Positions 1-13,529 of a DNA stretch of 64,000 nucleotides are shown here, in pieces. The notes under the pieces are model-generated. The model was not told where the DNA came from. It ran no database searches and was given only the letters and a program-made list of their open reading frames with translations. Origin of the DNA: Felis catus (Eukaryota). The stretch spans positions 118,484,001 through 118,548,000 of the forward strand of contig NC_058368.1 of assembly GCF_018350175.1 (NCBI RefSeq), written 5' to 3'. Both the position numbers and the translations under genes were made by a program. The number at the start of each line of letters is the position of its first letter. Positions within the stretch are counted from its first letter, which is position 1.

Positions 1-499
1 GTATTAGTTGCTATGGTTATTTGCTGAGACTAACAGAGTCTGTGTTCTCTCCATTGGAGTTTTGGAAACTGTGATCTGAGAATGACAGAGGTGTGCCTCC
101 CTGTAGGGATAGCCAGTGTATACCCTGGCCATTAAAATAATTTTTTAAAGGCACAGAAAAAAGAGTTGGGGTGGAATTTCAGAGCTGGAATTTTTTAAAG
201 CTAGAAGGGGCCTTAAAGATGACTGGTCATCCTTCTGGTTTTCAAAAGAGTTCTTTAAGGCTAAGGTATTAATTTACCTTCCTGAGGTTCATATGCGTTG
301 TTCCTGGGTGAACAAGGACGCAGCCCATTTCTGACTTTTATCCTAGCATCTCTTTGTTTTGTGCAACAGTTGAAGTCCTTTCAAGGAATCCTTTCTTGCA
401 GTATGTACTGAGGTCCTGGATATTCTGGTGCTGGGATGGAAGTTAGAAAGACACCGTGTTGTTTACTTTTAGGGTTTCTCGTGGAAATCCCCATCCTTG

Positions 500-652
500 C
501 CTCATAGAGTATGGAGCCTGGACCAGCAACGTCGGTATCACCTGGAAACATGTTCAAAATGCAGACTCCCAGGCCTACTGAATCACACTCAGCATTTTAA
601 CAAGATCACTCTGTCTTTGAGTGCACGTTAAAGGCTGAGAAGCTCTCCTCTA
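500..652. mobile_element. MER5A-like hAT-Charlie fossil
   Basis: atcacctggaaacatgttcaaaatgcagactcccaggcc...gcattttaacaagatc resembles recalled MER5A core. Confidence 0.65.
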
Positions 653-1353
653 AGATGGTAGGACATTGTAGAAGCAAAAGCTAGTAAGTCTTGAGGCCCA
701 AGCCAGGATCAGTTGCCCTCCCTCAGACCGTTCGTCAGCTCTGTGTTGAGCATAATAGTAATGCAGTGGTGTTGAGCTTGAGGAAGCTCAGCATTCTCTG
801 CCTGAGTTCTAGCTCTGCACCATCTGGACCCTCTGGTCCTTAAGTTCTATTGTGACCTGCTCTGTAGTTGCTGCCTGAGCAACTGTTCTGGGCTGAGGCC
901 CGAGAGTGGTGGGGCATGCTCACACTGGCTCCTGCAATGCAGTTCGTTCTGGGCACCTTCTCAGGAAGCCAGGCACTTCAGGCCCGTGCATCCTGTAAAG
1001 CCCACTTATCGTGGCTGTCCTGTTAGCATTCTGATTCCGTTCTACCTGGTACTGGCCTCCTCCCCCACTCAGTGGACAAGAAGGATTTCAGGATACCACT
1101 CTTAGCCTCAGTGCATTTAAGAGGTACCTCTTGAGCTTTAGTAAATTTTGCAGGAAGCCCTGCACACCACCTTGAGTTACTGTTCAGATAAAATACAGCA
1201 TGCTCTAGTCCAGGGTTTTTTTCTTTCCTTTTGTCTGCAGCAGATAAAAAGAAATTTTAATTTGGTAGGTATGTTAGACTTTTCTAAGCATCTGAGGAAA
1301 ACCTTTAAGGACTCCAATGTATTTTTAGTAGCCTGATCATTAGGAGGAGGTGA

Positions 1354-1775
1354 CAGGTTTACTGCACTACCCACAGTGGAGTGTTCCTGTGAAACCTTTC
1401 CTAAGCTAAAATAGGATAAAATGAAGAAGCAGTTACTATTAACTTAGGTGGGAAAACTTTAGTGCATCCCCAAGGCCCCCAAAATAACCTCTCTTAACGC
1501 TTTTCTGATACTTCAGGACACATCTTGTTAATGGTGCACAAAATAAACCAAGATGAGGTGCAGAAGCTCACAGACACAGCTCAAAGCTGTGGCCACTCTA
1601 GTGCTCCGTGCGCACAGCTCACTGCAAAACAAACATTGAGTGCTATTTTCGCTTTCCATGGAGAAGCAAAAAAACTCTCTGGATTTCTTTGGGTTAGTGA
1701 AAGTAAGGACGGATGTCGATAGGTTGTTAAAGTGAAGTGGCATAAGTCGAACTTTAGAAAAACAAGGCATGCCTG
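1354..1775. mobile_element. TcMar-Tigger-type non-autonomous DNA transposon
   Basis: CAGG...CCTG termini with TA at the right end; internal sequence resembles a recalled laurasiatherian Tigger-type MITE; subfamily not assigned. Confidence 0.55.
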
Positions 1776-1945
1776 TATTTGATAAATTAATGCGGCAAAA
1801 ATTCCTTAATTCTTTAGCTAAGATGCTCCTTTTGTTGATCCCCTTGTCTCTAACCTGTGCTCAGCCTGTGCTTGTGGGAAGGAAAGAACCAGCATCCAAG
1901 GGCAACCCTGTGCTCTGCTCTTCGAATGTTGTTTTTCCTTCATTT

Positions 1946-2159
1946 AAAAAAAAAATTTTTAATGTTTATTTTTGAGAGACAGAGACATGGCACGAGTGGG
2001 GGAGGGCCAGAGAGAGAGAGGGAGACACAGAATCTGAAGCAGGCTCCAGGCTCTGAGCTGTCAGCACAGAGCCTGACGCGGGGCTCGAACCCACGAGCTG
2101 TGAGATCATGACCTGAGCTGAAGTCGGATGCTCAGCCAACTGAGCCACCCAGGCGCCCC
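1946..2159 (-). mobile_element. Feline CAN-SINE (SINEC_Fc-type)
   Basis: Reverse complement of GGGGCGCCTGGGTGGCTCAG head, (CT)n region and A tail; partial TSD ccttcattt. Confidence 0.93.
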
Positions 2160-2338
2160 TTCCCTTCATTTTTAATTCCCACAGCAGCCCTGTCAGGTAC
2201 TTGTTCCCCTCATAGTGACATCAACTGTCAGAAAGGTTGAGTAATTTATGCCATCATAGAGCTGGTAATAGGCACATCCAGGGTTTGAATCCATGTTTGT
2301 GGATTCCATGCACTTCATACTCTTGTGAATTGCCCTCG

Positions 2339-2340
<2 letters not shown>

Positions 2341-2412
<72 letters not shown>

Positions 2413-2419
2413 TGTGTGA
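2341..2419. repeat. Compound (TG)n(AG)n microsatellite
   Basis: Direct reading. Confidence 0.97.
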
Positions 2420-3619
2420 GACATTTATATTTGAAGTCTATGGAAATACCCTTTCTTTTTTGCTCTTACACTTGATCAGTCCCTCTTAAAATGGGTTTCT
2501 TTGTTTAACCAAGCAAATCACCATTGTTTTCCTTGAGGGATTTTTCCTCTGCTGACCTGCTGTCTTGGAAGGTCTTGGGGCTTTATGTGAACATAATTGT
2601 TCTGAATCCAGTACCTCTGTGTCCTTGTTCTGCTTTGTGTCAGTGCTGAGGGATTCACATTTGAGGCTGGGCTCTTTGGGGCTTGACTTTTTATCCTAGG
2701 TCTAATGCTGACTTAATCATTTAACATACTGGTCCTTGATTAGCAGATGTTTATTAAGTGCCTGTTATATGACATTAAACTGGTCTGAAATTTCTTTGTA
2801 CAAGATCAAGTGGTAGTACTTAAACTCGATGCTCCTAGTAGCTCATGTAGCACTTCAGAAATACAAATGTGTTTGTATACATCGTTGTATATAATTACAT
2901 GTATATGGTGATGATGCTACTGATGAGTCACAATCAGTTCTCAACTTGGAGTTTTTGGTAGGGAGTAGAGTTCCTCTGAATCCCTCATTCTCTCCTTATC
3001 TTCTGACTGCCCAGTGGTCTGTGCACCCAATGTCATGGTTGAGAGGTGTCATCTGTCACCTAGTCATTCCCTAAGGAGAAAGCCCCTTGACTGTGGTTGT
3101 ACACTCTTGGCAGTGAAGCAGGATGGGAAGTCAGAGTAGAGGTCCCAAAGCTGAGTTCTGGGCCAGCTCCTCAATGAAAGTTGTAACCAATGTTTGTTGA
3201 CCTTGTCTCTCTTTATAAAAATATGGTTTCCATTTCTTGAGGGATGAAGTCTGAATTCCTTAGCTTGGCATTCCAGTCCTTCCATGTTTGGATTCTAATC
3301 TCTCTTCCTAGTCTTAGCTTCTGTCCATGAGGCTGAACTGCCTGCTGTGTCTCCCTGGGTCCTCTTTGCTTCCTGTTGCTACTTCTAGAATACCTTCCCA
3401 TGCCTGCTTACCGTGCCGTGTACCTCCTTTCATTTCTAAATAATACTGGACTCATGAACTTTTAAGGCTCTCTTCAAAAGCTACTCCCTGTTCTTTTTTC
3501 CTGGGAGGACTCCTCCAATGGCCCCACCTGGAGTAATAGCCTGATTGCACATCTGTAGCTGTTTTTCTCCCCCTACTCTGACTGCTGTAGCATGTTCTCC
3601 CTTAATTTGCAAGTTCATG

Positions 3620-4070
3620 TACAGCGGTCCTTTTCCCACACCCCCTTCCCCCAACAGCGGATATGTTCCAAGATCCCAGTGGATGTCTGAAACCACAGAT
3701 AGTGCAGAAACCTATAGAGACTTTTTATTTTCTGCACTTAAACGGCACATACATACTAATGATCAAGTTAGATTTATAGATTAGGCACAGTGAGATGTTT
3801 GCAACAATAATTAAAAGTACAACAGAGCAATTATAACTATACTGTAATAAAAGTTAAGTGAATGTGGTCTCTGTCTCAAAAACATTTTACCATATTCACC
3901 CTTCTTGGGATGATGTGAAATGATAAAATGCCTACGTGATGAGATGAGGTGAATGAGGTAGGCACTGTGACGCAGTGTAGTGTTAGGCTCCTACTGACTG
4001 TGTGATGTTAAGTCAGAGGAAGTGTCATCTGTTCTAGATTGGGGTTGATTGCAATGACTGAAAGCACAGG
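3620..4070. mobile_element. MER44/Tigger7-derived DNA transposon
   Basis: gttccaagatcccagtggatgtctgaaacc...aaaatgcctacgtgatgagatga...gtaggcactgtgacgcag matches recalled MER44 consensus. Confidence 0.8.
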
Positions 4071-4204
4071 TACATCTGTTCACAGATGAGGTCCTTCTAA
4101 CTTGCAGTCTCCTAAAGGGTATGGAATGTATATGTATCACTTTTAGAATTTGAATACACTGATACCAGATTCTCAAATATTAGAGTCAGTTACACCTTGG
4201 AGTA

Positions 4205-4420
4205 TTGTAGCTGAGAGTTTAGGAGTCAGAAGGACCAGGTTTCTCACACTACCACACGTTAGCTATGTGACCATGGCACATGATTTAATCTCTGAATCTG
4301 TTGCCCCATCTGCAAAATGGGACTCATAATTCCTACCTGTAGGATTATTGTAAGGATGAAATGAGTTAAAGTAATCAGTAGTAGTGCCCAGTAAGTGTAT
4401 AGTAAGTGCCCAGTAAGTGA
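4205..4420 (+). mobile_element. MIR SINE
   Basis: MIR core: ctatgtgacc...catctgcaaaatggg...gattattgtaaggatgaaatgag. Confidence 0.8.
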
Positions 4421-4571
4421 AGGCATCATGTATTTACAGTTACTGTGATGGAGGTAAAGGTGAGGTTGGAGCACCATATTAATCTAAAAAGGATGTTTCC
4501 ATGTAAATGGAATTGGAAATCTTGTCTAGGAAGTGGTGAAGCCCCTTTCCTTCTATTGAATTTCATTTTTA

Positions 4572-4783
4572 TTTTATTTTACTTTATTTTGAGAGAGCAG
4601 CATGTTCATGCATGCAAGGGGGTGGGAGTGGGGAAGGTCCACAGGGAGAGGGAGAGAGAATCTTAAGCAGGGTCCACACCCAGCACAGAGCCCAACTAGG
4701 GCTTGATACCATGACTGTGAGACCATGACCTGAACCTAAATCAAGAGTTGTGTGCTCAATCGACTGAGCCACCCAAGTGCCCC
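4572..4783 (-). mobile_element. Older CAN-SINE
   Basis: Diverged SINE body; TSD gaatttcattttta at 4558-4571 and 4785-4798. Confidence 0.9.
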
Positions 4784-5321
4784 AGAATTTCATTTTTAAA
4801 ATAACTCCGAGAATTTCATTAGCCTTAGTGCTCTGTTTGGAGAAACAAATTCTCCAGAATCAGGGTTGGCTATGTCCTCATTTAGGTAACAGAATTTTAG
4901 GGAAATGGCCTCAGGAAAAGCACGCAAATGTATCATCAGAATGCACATGATGTGACATGTGGTAGTTGATGTGGCTGGTGGGCATATCATCCTTTAGTGA
5001 CATGAGTGGTTTTCTGAGTCTGCTCCAACCAGATTGGAAAAATGGAAGAGACATACTGGTAGTGACTTCATACTTCTAGCCCTTCCCCTCCATGTCTCAG
5101 GCTTGAATGGATAAGAAGAACACAGGTCCTCTGCGTGTTTTGGGGCATTTCTTCCCCCGTGGAGGCCAGCGCTTCTCCCCGCATTGCTGATTGAGTGTCT
5201 ATTGGATATTTCCCTTCTTGGGTGGGTGTCTTCATCAGCAGGGCATGGTCTGTGCCCAGCACTACTTGTCAGGCTTTGTCATTTCTCCTTGGGTTATTAA
5301 CACCTCTTCTCTGATACTGTC

Positions 5322-5354
5322 CACCGCCACCTAGTGGCCACAGGTAAGACTGCA
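5322..5354 (-). promoter_or_regulatory. Predicted CTCF site with upstream (ZF9-11) module
   Basis: Minus strand reads TGCAGTCTTACCTG-TGGCCACTAGGTGGCGGTG; core fits CCASYAGRKGGCR. Confidence 0.7.
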
Positions 5355-6019
5355 TCACAGAAACTAGATGAATGCTGTTGAGTGTGTTTTGTTCTACTGT
5401 AAGATTTGAACACCATCTCTCTTTTTGCTCCTGAAGTGCAGGGTTTCAGGCTGTAGAATGGTACCTCACAAAGGAACATGGTTGGTTTTCTTATAGTTAA
5501 GCAATGGCACTAGGTTTAAAATGCCACATGCAGACTGGGAAATGCCTCTCTTCAGGCAGTTGCTGATTGGATGTGTTTTCCACTTGTCCAGGTATGGGGA
5601 AGGAGAGAAGGGTCTCCGGAACCCTTTCTTCATCTGTTTTAACTCCAGGCTTGGGGAAAGGCTGGGGCTGAAAGGGCACACATAGCTGTGGCCCACACCT
5701 GGCATGTTTGTAGCTCATTGTTCCTAGTCTCTTGGTTTAGAGGAGGTTTTTGCTTCATGTCCTTGCTGGTGGTTCTGCAGCTCTGTGGGAATCTTCTTCA
5801 ACAGAGAAGATGAGGGGAAGTGGTTCTATGTTAAGTAAGCATATTCCTATATATGCAAACTTCAGGCCGGCTTAACGAAGTTTGACGTTTATCCTATTAT
5901 GTATCTAATCTTATTTTCACTTGCGAAGTATACAACTGAGAATTTCATCTTTGATGAGTGCAGGGAACTAATGGAGTGTCCAACTTCCCCCCCCCCTTTG
6001 TTCTTCCTGTGACACCTGC

Positions 6020-6800
6020 TTTCAGCCAGGTGATGTGCTAGGTTCTGAGGTTGTCCTGGTGAGCATGAAGTGACAGGATCCTCACCCTGAAGGAATTTAC
6101 TAGTTGGGGAGGTACTAATCAGAGAGTCACCTGAACAATATAAAATTACTATGAAAAAACAGGTGCATAGGACTTAGGGTGAAGGTACGGTGGGGTTTGG
6201 TCTGGTTACAGAAGTCAGGGCAGGCTTCTTGGAGGACTAAACTTTTCAGTTGAGGGCTGCAGGGATGAGTAGGGAGTTCCAGGAACTGGCAGAACCCAGA
6301 GAGGAAGTTGGGGGCCCAGGCCTTGCAAGGCTGGGAAGGATTTGCAAGATTTTGGGAAGGACTTTGGTCTTGGGTTTTAGAACTCTGGGAACCCATTGCA
6401 GGATTCACTATTGGAGCTGTCATGACTGGAGAGAGAAGTGATTGGAGGGACAAAAGTGAGTGTGGGGGACCAGAGCGGAGGCATTTGTAGTTACCCAGGA
6501 AAATGGGGGCATTTGATGTAGATGTTTGTGAATGGTGATGGGGAGGAGTGTATAGAACAGACATGGTTAGGAGGTGAAACGGACACACTTGGGAAGGACA
6601 CTGTGCTGCCAGGGATGACACGTGGGTGTGTGACTTTGACTTGTGTGGCAGGACAGATGGTGGTGCCCTTTGCCAAACTGGTGACACAGGAAGAGGCCCT
6701 TAGTTGGAGCGTAGGAGAGGAGAGAGAGTTTGATTTGGAGAGTGGGAAGTTTACCTGAGAATGTGAGTTGTGGGCAAAGCTGCCATCCTGAGGACTCATG
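6020..6800 (-). mobile_element. L2 LINE remnant
   Basis: Degenerate L2-like 3' motifs (tgtgctaggttctgagg..., ggcaggcttcttggagga..., gatggtggtgccctttgcc); boundaries approximate. Confidence 0.55.
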
Positions 6801-9800
6801 TCCAGCTGTCAACCCTCTTATTTGGGGAACTCATACCCACCTGTGGGTCCTCTCAATTGGGGATCTCGCATGTTCCATCTGTAAGACACCTTCTGTTGCT
6901 GTGCCCGGCCAGATCAGTCCAGCCTATCTTAAGGGCCACCTTGTTCGGCCTTGTCTTAGGCACTTAATATGCATTTGCCAGGGAGCCACTCATGCATAGT
7001 TCTGGAATCATTCCAAATACAAGGCAATCAGGCATAGAGAGTAAGTGTAATTGGTTTTCAGAGAAGGGAGAGGTTAGGTAGGCCTGGGGACTTTGGTGTT
7101 TGCACTTTAAGCAGCCAAGAGGCCAGTCTTGTCACAAATACTTACCGTGGCAGTTGGACTTCATTAACGGTAATCCGTTTCCAAATCCTGGGAGATGTGA
7201 TTGAGGAGCAAAAATTTTATGGGTACTTATATACAGTTCTGGTAACTGGAGGTCCAAGAAAGGTGACAGATGCCCTGAAAGAAATATAATTCTACAATTA
7301 CCTTGAGTCCTTCATTATGTGTGTGTACACATTATGTATTTGTGTGTGCGCCTGTATATTAAGTTTTACCCAAGGGGAAAATGGAAATGGCTTGACTTAT
7401 GGTACTAATGGTAAAACTTGTGTAAATTAAGGTAGATCCTAACTTAAAAAATTATCAACCTTCTTTTACTGAAAAAAGAATTATAGTTAGGTTAAATTGT
7501 CTTAAAACTGTGCAGGTTAGTAACTGGGGAGGCAGAGAGCTTGGCTTCTCCAGGATGAGAAGGGCTCTTCTCTCTGGTCCCCTAGTAAGCAGACATCTTT
7601 GGGAGCCGTCTTTCAAGGCCCGGACTTCTAGCTGCTTCTGTGTCCCTTAGCTGCCTGGTCTCACTGAGGTGGAGGCAACTCAATTCTATAAGGCAAATAC
7701 TTGTCCTCCCCAGCAGCTGCCAGTTACAACTTCTCTCTGCTCTGGCCAGCATTCTGCCTTTCTAGCAACAGATCTTTCTGCAGAGTAAATATTACTGACT
7801 TTTGCGCCTCGCTGTATCTTGGACTGAACATGAAACACTGGGGTTCTATGAGCAGGGTGTCATGAAGCTTGGCATGCACTCAACATCAGTACCAGCCTCT
7901 CTTGCTTCTCTGCTCTTCTTACTGGAATGTGCACGTTAGATTCTTGTTGCTTCAGAGTGAAGTCTCCAGAAATAAATCTCTCTGCAGCTACATGTCAAAG
8001 GTGATCGTCTGCATAAGATGCCATCAGTCGTTCTGGGTTGTAGACAAGAAGCACTGTGTTTTAGGTGTTCTTTTTGGTGTCCTCTCTGTTGTCCCCAGTA
8101 ACAGTACGGGTTTTATGTTAACAGGGTGAGGCATCATGGTGTATATGTGCTACAAAGATCTTAGCACGCACGAGCTTAGAGAGACCCAGATCCCCACCTT
8201 AGAGCTCTTTGCTGTTAGGTCACTCTTTTAACTTACCTGAGTTCTCAACATCATGTAGTCAGGCTTCGCTTCCCTGGGTTCTGTCATTGCACGATTCGCT
8301 TAGTAGGGGACAATAGCCCAGCCTTGCCTAGAACTGAAGCTTACGGCGTACAGAGTGCCTGTGCAGTGCGCCTCCCTGGGGCTCCTGATAAGCTGGTGGG
8401 TTAGGTGGGGCCGACAGCTTCTGTCAGATAAGGGACTATGAAGTTAGGCCTAGCCCAGAGTTAGTTACCTGTCTAGGAAATAGTGGAGCTGAAATTTGAG
8501 CCCAGGAGCTAGGTAAGATTGGGGTGAGGGCAAGAGGCTGATCAGCCTACAACCAGGACCCTGAGCGAGAAAGCCTCAAGGGGAGATTCTCCAAAGAAAG
8601 CTTGAGCTGCTGTTGCAAAGACTAGGGAGTATGCTGAATAAACAAAACACCAGGTGTTTCCCTGCACTTTGACCGAAAGATATGTCTCTTAGGCACAAAT
8701 CCTTCAGGCCCAATGGTGACTTCCTTTTCAGATTCCAGTAATTGGGATTTTTTTTAGTCTACCTAACTGTGCTCACTGGTCTGTAACCAGTATTGCCTCT
8801 GGAGCAGTACTCATTACCTAATTCTTCCGTCAGCGAGAGACGCGTCCTTACCAGCTCTGTGGGTGTCCCATGCGTCTTCTCAGGTTTGTGTCGTGGCAGG
8901 GTGTGCTGTGTGTCACTCGACAATGAAATAAGGTTACTTTCTGGTCAGAAGCTAACAGGCCCTGCTATAGCTTAGATGGGTCCTCCTGTGAAAAAGGCCC
9001 CACAAAGGCCCTGTTGTGCATTATTAGCTGCTTCTTGATCCTCATTGGTAGCTGCCCCTGACGGCACAGCTTCTCAGGTGTGTGTTGGGAGGTTTCCCAA
9101 GCCTGGCTTACATTTCGGCTTATTTCCACTTTGTTTAGATGCTTCTCCAGTTTGAGTCTTTCTTGCCTCCTGGGGAGGCACAGAGGATTGTTAGGTGGAT
9201 AGAGAAGCTATTCTGTTCTTACTCTTTGCGCAGGCCTTTCTTTGTGAATTCTGTTCTGGAGAACATTCTAATTACGGTGCGACTGAGCACAGCCATGTCC
9301 ACGTTCTTGGCATGATACTCTTCGGCCTTCCTGGGGGGCTTTGTCTTCTGTTCTGAAAGATGATTCTGCCTTTTTCTCATCCTGCCTGCCTGTGGCCTCG
9401 TGTCTTTGCTCCCCACAGCGTTCTGACTTTCAGATGCATCTGTTTCTTTCCTGACTTGCCAGGGAGTGATTGGCGTTCTTAGGGATATCCTCAGCTTGGG
9501 TCTGCCAGGTTTAACAGATGCCCGATTCCTCTGCTGGCATCTCTGCACTTTTTGCCAAAGACCATTCCATTAAAGTGACTGGACCAGGGAGAGACTGGAG
9601 ACTATTGGCTGTTGGCTCCTGTGTTCTTCTTCTCCACTTCAAGTGTTGTCTTCTTTTGGTGTAGAGCTGAGGGCCTTCCTTGCACAAGCCGCAGCTGTCT
9701 TGGGATTCGTGTCACCGGAGCCCATGGGAGGATGGTCTCGGAGCAGGAGCTCCTGCTGTCCAGGTGGTCAAAGCCCGAGCCGCAGACCTGAGAAGAGCCC

Positions 9801-11091
9801 GACTGCTCAGCCAGCCTCTTGTACTCACTTCTAGCGCTTGGAATAAGCTCTGGGATTGGCGAGCTGCACACCGGTGGTGGAGTTTATGTACTGCCCTCCA
9901 TGTGCACACAGTATTCACACACTGAGCAGGATGCACTGGCAGGTACACCAGGGAAACCAGCAAAACCAAAAGATGGAGGAAAAAACAACCACCCATGACC
10001 CCTAACTTGAAGGAACAGGTCCAGGAACTAAACAAGACAAGGATGCTTTTATTCCATTAGGTGATGTTGGTCTGTGAAGCCAGAGCCGTCCCAGCCTCCT
10101 CCCCGTATCTCATTAAAGCCAGTCCATGTTGCCAGTTGTGCCTCATATTTCCCTCCTCTGGGAATTTGAACATAATACCATTTCCCCTTCAATAAGGGAA
10201 ACATCTATGAGGGTCATTTGAATGATTAGCCTAATGTGCAGGAAGGCTGCCTGTGGAATTAAGTTAAGCGCATTTGGACTGAGCAGCTGTGTCTGTCAGG
10301 CCACTTAAAGGTACCTGGGTGCTTTTATACCCTTAACAGAAGCTGAGGGTTCAGGAGGGATCATTGGCTTTTGATACTGTCTTAAATGGAAGCTTATTTT
10401 TTAAATTTGACAAGGATTTCCAAGAGCTTTCTTTACAGAGAACATATGTGGGGTGTGTTTTTAACCCCAACTCAAAACGTTGCCAGGGCTTTTGTTCTTG
10501 TGGCAGCGGGGAATGTGGTGACCCAGGAAAATGGTTCAGGCGGAAATTGGTCAGGCTGGCCGGTCACTCTCCCCGTGAGGGGAACTGCGAGGGTTGTGAG
10601 AACTCGGTGTCACTTGTGCCTGGGTCACAATAAGGAGTCCAGGAGCTCCTGGGCGGTGGGGGCTGGGCCCGCCTCGCCCTTCCTTCCAGCTCCCTACCTG
10701 ATGTCAGGATGTGGGAGGTCCGTGGCTGAGCTCACCCACGGGATGATGGATGCTGATGTCTGCTCTGACCCACACTGCCTCCTGACACCTCTTTAGGCAA
10801 GTGGATTCCCACCAGGACCAGTGTCCACGACGAGACTCAGTGTGTGGCTGGAGGAGTTAGAGCTGGAAGCAGAATGGTTAAAGCAGTGTTAACACAAGTA
10901 TGAATTTGTCAAGCCAATCACAATTTCACGTTAGAAACAGCTGTTCAGCGTTTTGGAACTTAGATTCTTTTGTGTTTGAAATTGCCTCAGGAACAAATCG
11001 AGCTGCTGCATGAAATAGAACGACTAAAAAGTGCAGCACATGAGAACATCAGTTTATGTCCGTAATTCATATTTTCTCTCTTTCTTGCTAG

Positions 11092-11187
11092 ATCTATCTT
11101 CAGCGAAGAGGAAATTTGCTGATTCCTTAAATGAATTTAAATTCCAGTGCATAGGAGATGCAGAAACAGATGATGAAATGTGTATAG
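11092..11187 (+). CDS. ARHGAP26: ARHGAP26/GRAF1 coding exon 2 (96 nt, phase 1-1), BAR domain
   Basis: ttcttgctag|ATCTATC...TGTATAG|gtaagt; translates (N)LSSAKRKFADSLNEFKFQCIGDAETDDEMCI(A), matching recalled GRAF1 sequence. Confidence 0.97.
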
Positions 11188-12746
11188 GTAAGTCTGAACC
11201 GTGTGTGTAAGAAAGGTCACGGTTTACCATAACTGTCTGTGTCCTTGCTGAGCTTTTTTCCTGTGAGAGGAAGTGTCTAAGTGTCACGAATCAAGAAGCC
11301 CATACCAACAGTGGTGAGGACAGAGTGAAGTGAGGGTCGGGGGTCAAGGGGCCTGTTCATCCCAAGTGGCGAACTAGGCCCCTTGTCCAGGGGAAAAATC
11401 ATGCATGGGAACCCTGGAGTTGGCATCTCAGGCAGAGTGGTCAAGGTGTTGGCAAGATGTCTGTGGACGAGAGGAGATCTGTTCTGGGACCACCCTCCCC
11501 CATGCACCGCTCTGGCTGAGAAGAGGGCCGGGTTGTTGTGGGGCGCGGGGCAGGGGGGCAGGCCTGAGCTTGGGACTGATCTACAGTTGGTGCCTGCTCC
11601 TGGGCTGAGGGCTGAGGGTGGTGGGGCTTGCTGACGCTGGCTCCCGCGACACAGTTCCTTCTGGCCACCTTCTGTTGTTTCTGTTGAGGTGCCATGTGCT
11701 GTGGCGAGCAAAGCTAAAATCCTCTCTCCGCCCAGTTCTTAAAGGCCTGATCCTTCTGTTTTCATGGCACATGGACTGACCCACACCCTCCCATCCCGCC
11801 ATCTCCTCTCCCATTCCTTAACCAGAGGCTGAGGGTGGGGTTAGTGTTGATTACCATGCTGTGCGCAGATGATTTGCAATGTCAAGATGTCTGTCTTTGG
11901 CAGGGCCTAGTCACTGTACTTGACTCTTCTTACTTTGGGCGTCTTGGTTAGTTCCATGGAGTGAGCAAGGATTGAGAGAGTTAAACTGAAGAAAGTTGTC
12001 AAATGCTTATTGAATCCCCTGTTGTCACGCAGAGTGCCACGATCTGGGCATGAGCAAAGGCAGTTGGGACAATAGACGAGAGCAGTGAAAATGCATCATT
12101 GTAGTAACTGCTGAATACATGGGTACTTTTCCCAAGACTCCACCTTTGTCCTGAATATCCTCAGGGCTGTTGCACCTAATGCCTGTCCCCTTTGGGAATA
12201 ATTCTGGTGAAGGAGACTCTCTTCGTCTGACCACCACATTGCACACTGCATTGTATTAATAAGTGGCTTGAAAACTCAGGAGGAGGAATCCAGGGAGAAA
12301 CCGGAGATGTGGCTTCCATTGTGAGCTACACTGGTGTAGTTCGGGTGCCAGAGGAAAGGTTGGTTTCTGACGCAGCCCCACAACCAAGGTTGAAGGGGTC
12401 ACATCCTGGGCAGGAAATCCTTCAACTCCTAAGCGGAACTCTGCCCCTTCCAGCCGAGAGTCTGGGAGCCAGCCAGCATCTCATCAGTCCTGGGTAGTGT
12501 CAGGAACAGGCAGGTTTTTGAAGGAAATCCTTTCCTAGCTAGAGTGCCAGGTGAAATTAACCTGCGTTTAGGGGTCATCCTGGATGGTTAATGATGAAAA
12601 GATAAGGGGAGAGCCTTGGGAAGCAATTGACTTTAGGATTCTGCATGTGCCAAGGGATTTCATTCCATTACATACTAACTGTACCTGGAAAGGCTCCCAA
12701 AGGGCCATTTGTCTATGTCCCTCTCATGGCACTTTCTCTTTTCCAG

Positions 12747-12808
12747 CAAGGTCTTTGCAGGAGTTTGCCACTGTCCTCAGGAATCTTGAAGATGAACGGA
12801 TACGGATG
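12747..12808 (+). CDS. ARHGAP26: ARHGAP26 exon 3 (62 nt, phase 1-0)
   Basis: ctcttttccag|CAAGG...CGGATG|gtgagt; (A)RSLQEFATVLRNLEDERIRM. Confidence 0.97.
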
Positions 12809-13529
12809 GTGAGTATGGCCAGGCTGCTCTTCGTCCCATACGGTGTGGTCATGTCAACCTTTCATACATGTCAGAGGATTACTGTGGACAACTTAGGACC
12901 ACGTTGTTGAACTCCCAAAGATTGACTGTAAGGTGTACCTGTAATGTATGACTTATGGGTGGATCTTTTGAATTATTTAACTTTGGGAAGCCTTCCATTC
13001 CCACGGGCAGGGTGGGAACGAAGGTGTCACACTCTGCCCCCCTCCACACCCCCCGATTCTCATCTTATTAAATGTATCCAAGAGCTCCTGAAGGGCAGGG
13101 GTCACTCCTTCACTTCTTATTCTGAAACACCTAACCCAGTGTTTGCCCTATAGTATGCACCGAGTAAATGGGCACTAACTAAATGATAGCAATCACAAGA
13201 GGTTCTACAAAGGGGGCACTGTGCATACTGAAGAATCAAATGCTGATCTTTAGGTTCTTAAGAGATACCTTCTGTATTCTAAATTATTCTGATGAAGTTT
13301 GGCATCAATAGATAACAGATAACACATCCGTGAAAAGTTCTTTTGCATCCTCTCTGTGTCAGTAAGATATCAAGAATGAAGCCTGAACCTAAATCCCCCT
13401 GCTGGCCTCATGGCGGTTGGTCCCTAGGGGGACTTGGCCCTAAGCAGTGGTGCTCCAGAGGCCCAGGGAAGAGTCTGTCAACTTTTTCCCTCTCTTCCCA
13501 TGCTAAAACTGATCATTTGAGACTAAGCC

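Noticed and set aside
6127..6687. 186-aa minus-strand ORF
   Set aside because: S/P/H-rich, no recognisable domain, and overlaps an L2-like remnant.
12747..12760. Nearby alternative AGs in exon 3 (+4, +14) and likewise exon 6 (+4, +8)
   Set aside because: All frameshift, the proximal AGs have good pyrimidine tracts, and there is no evidence of use.
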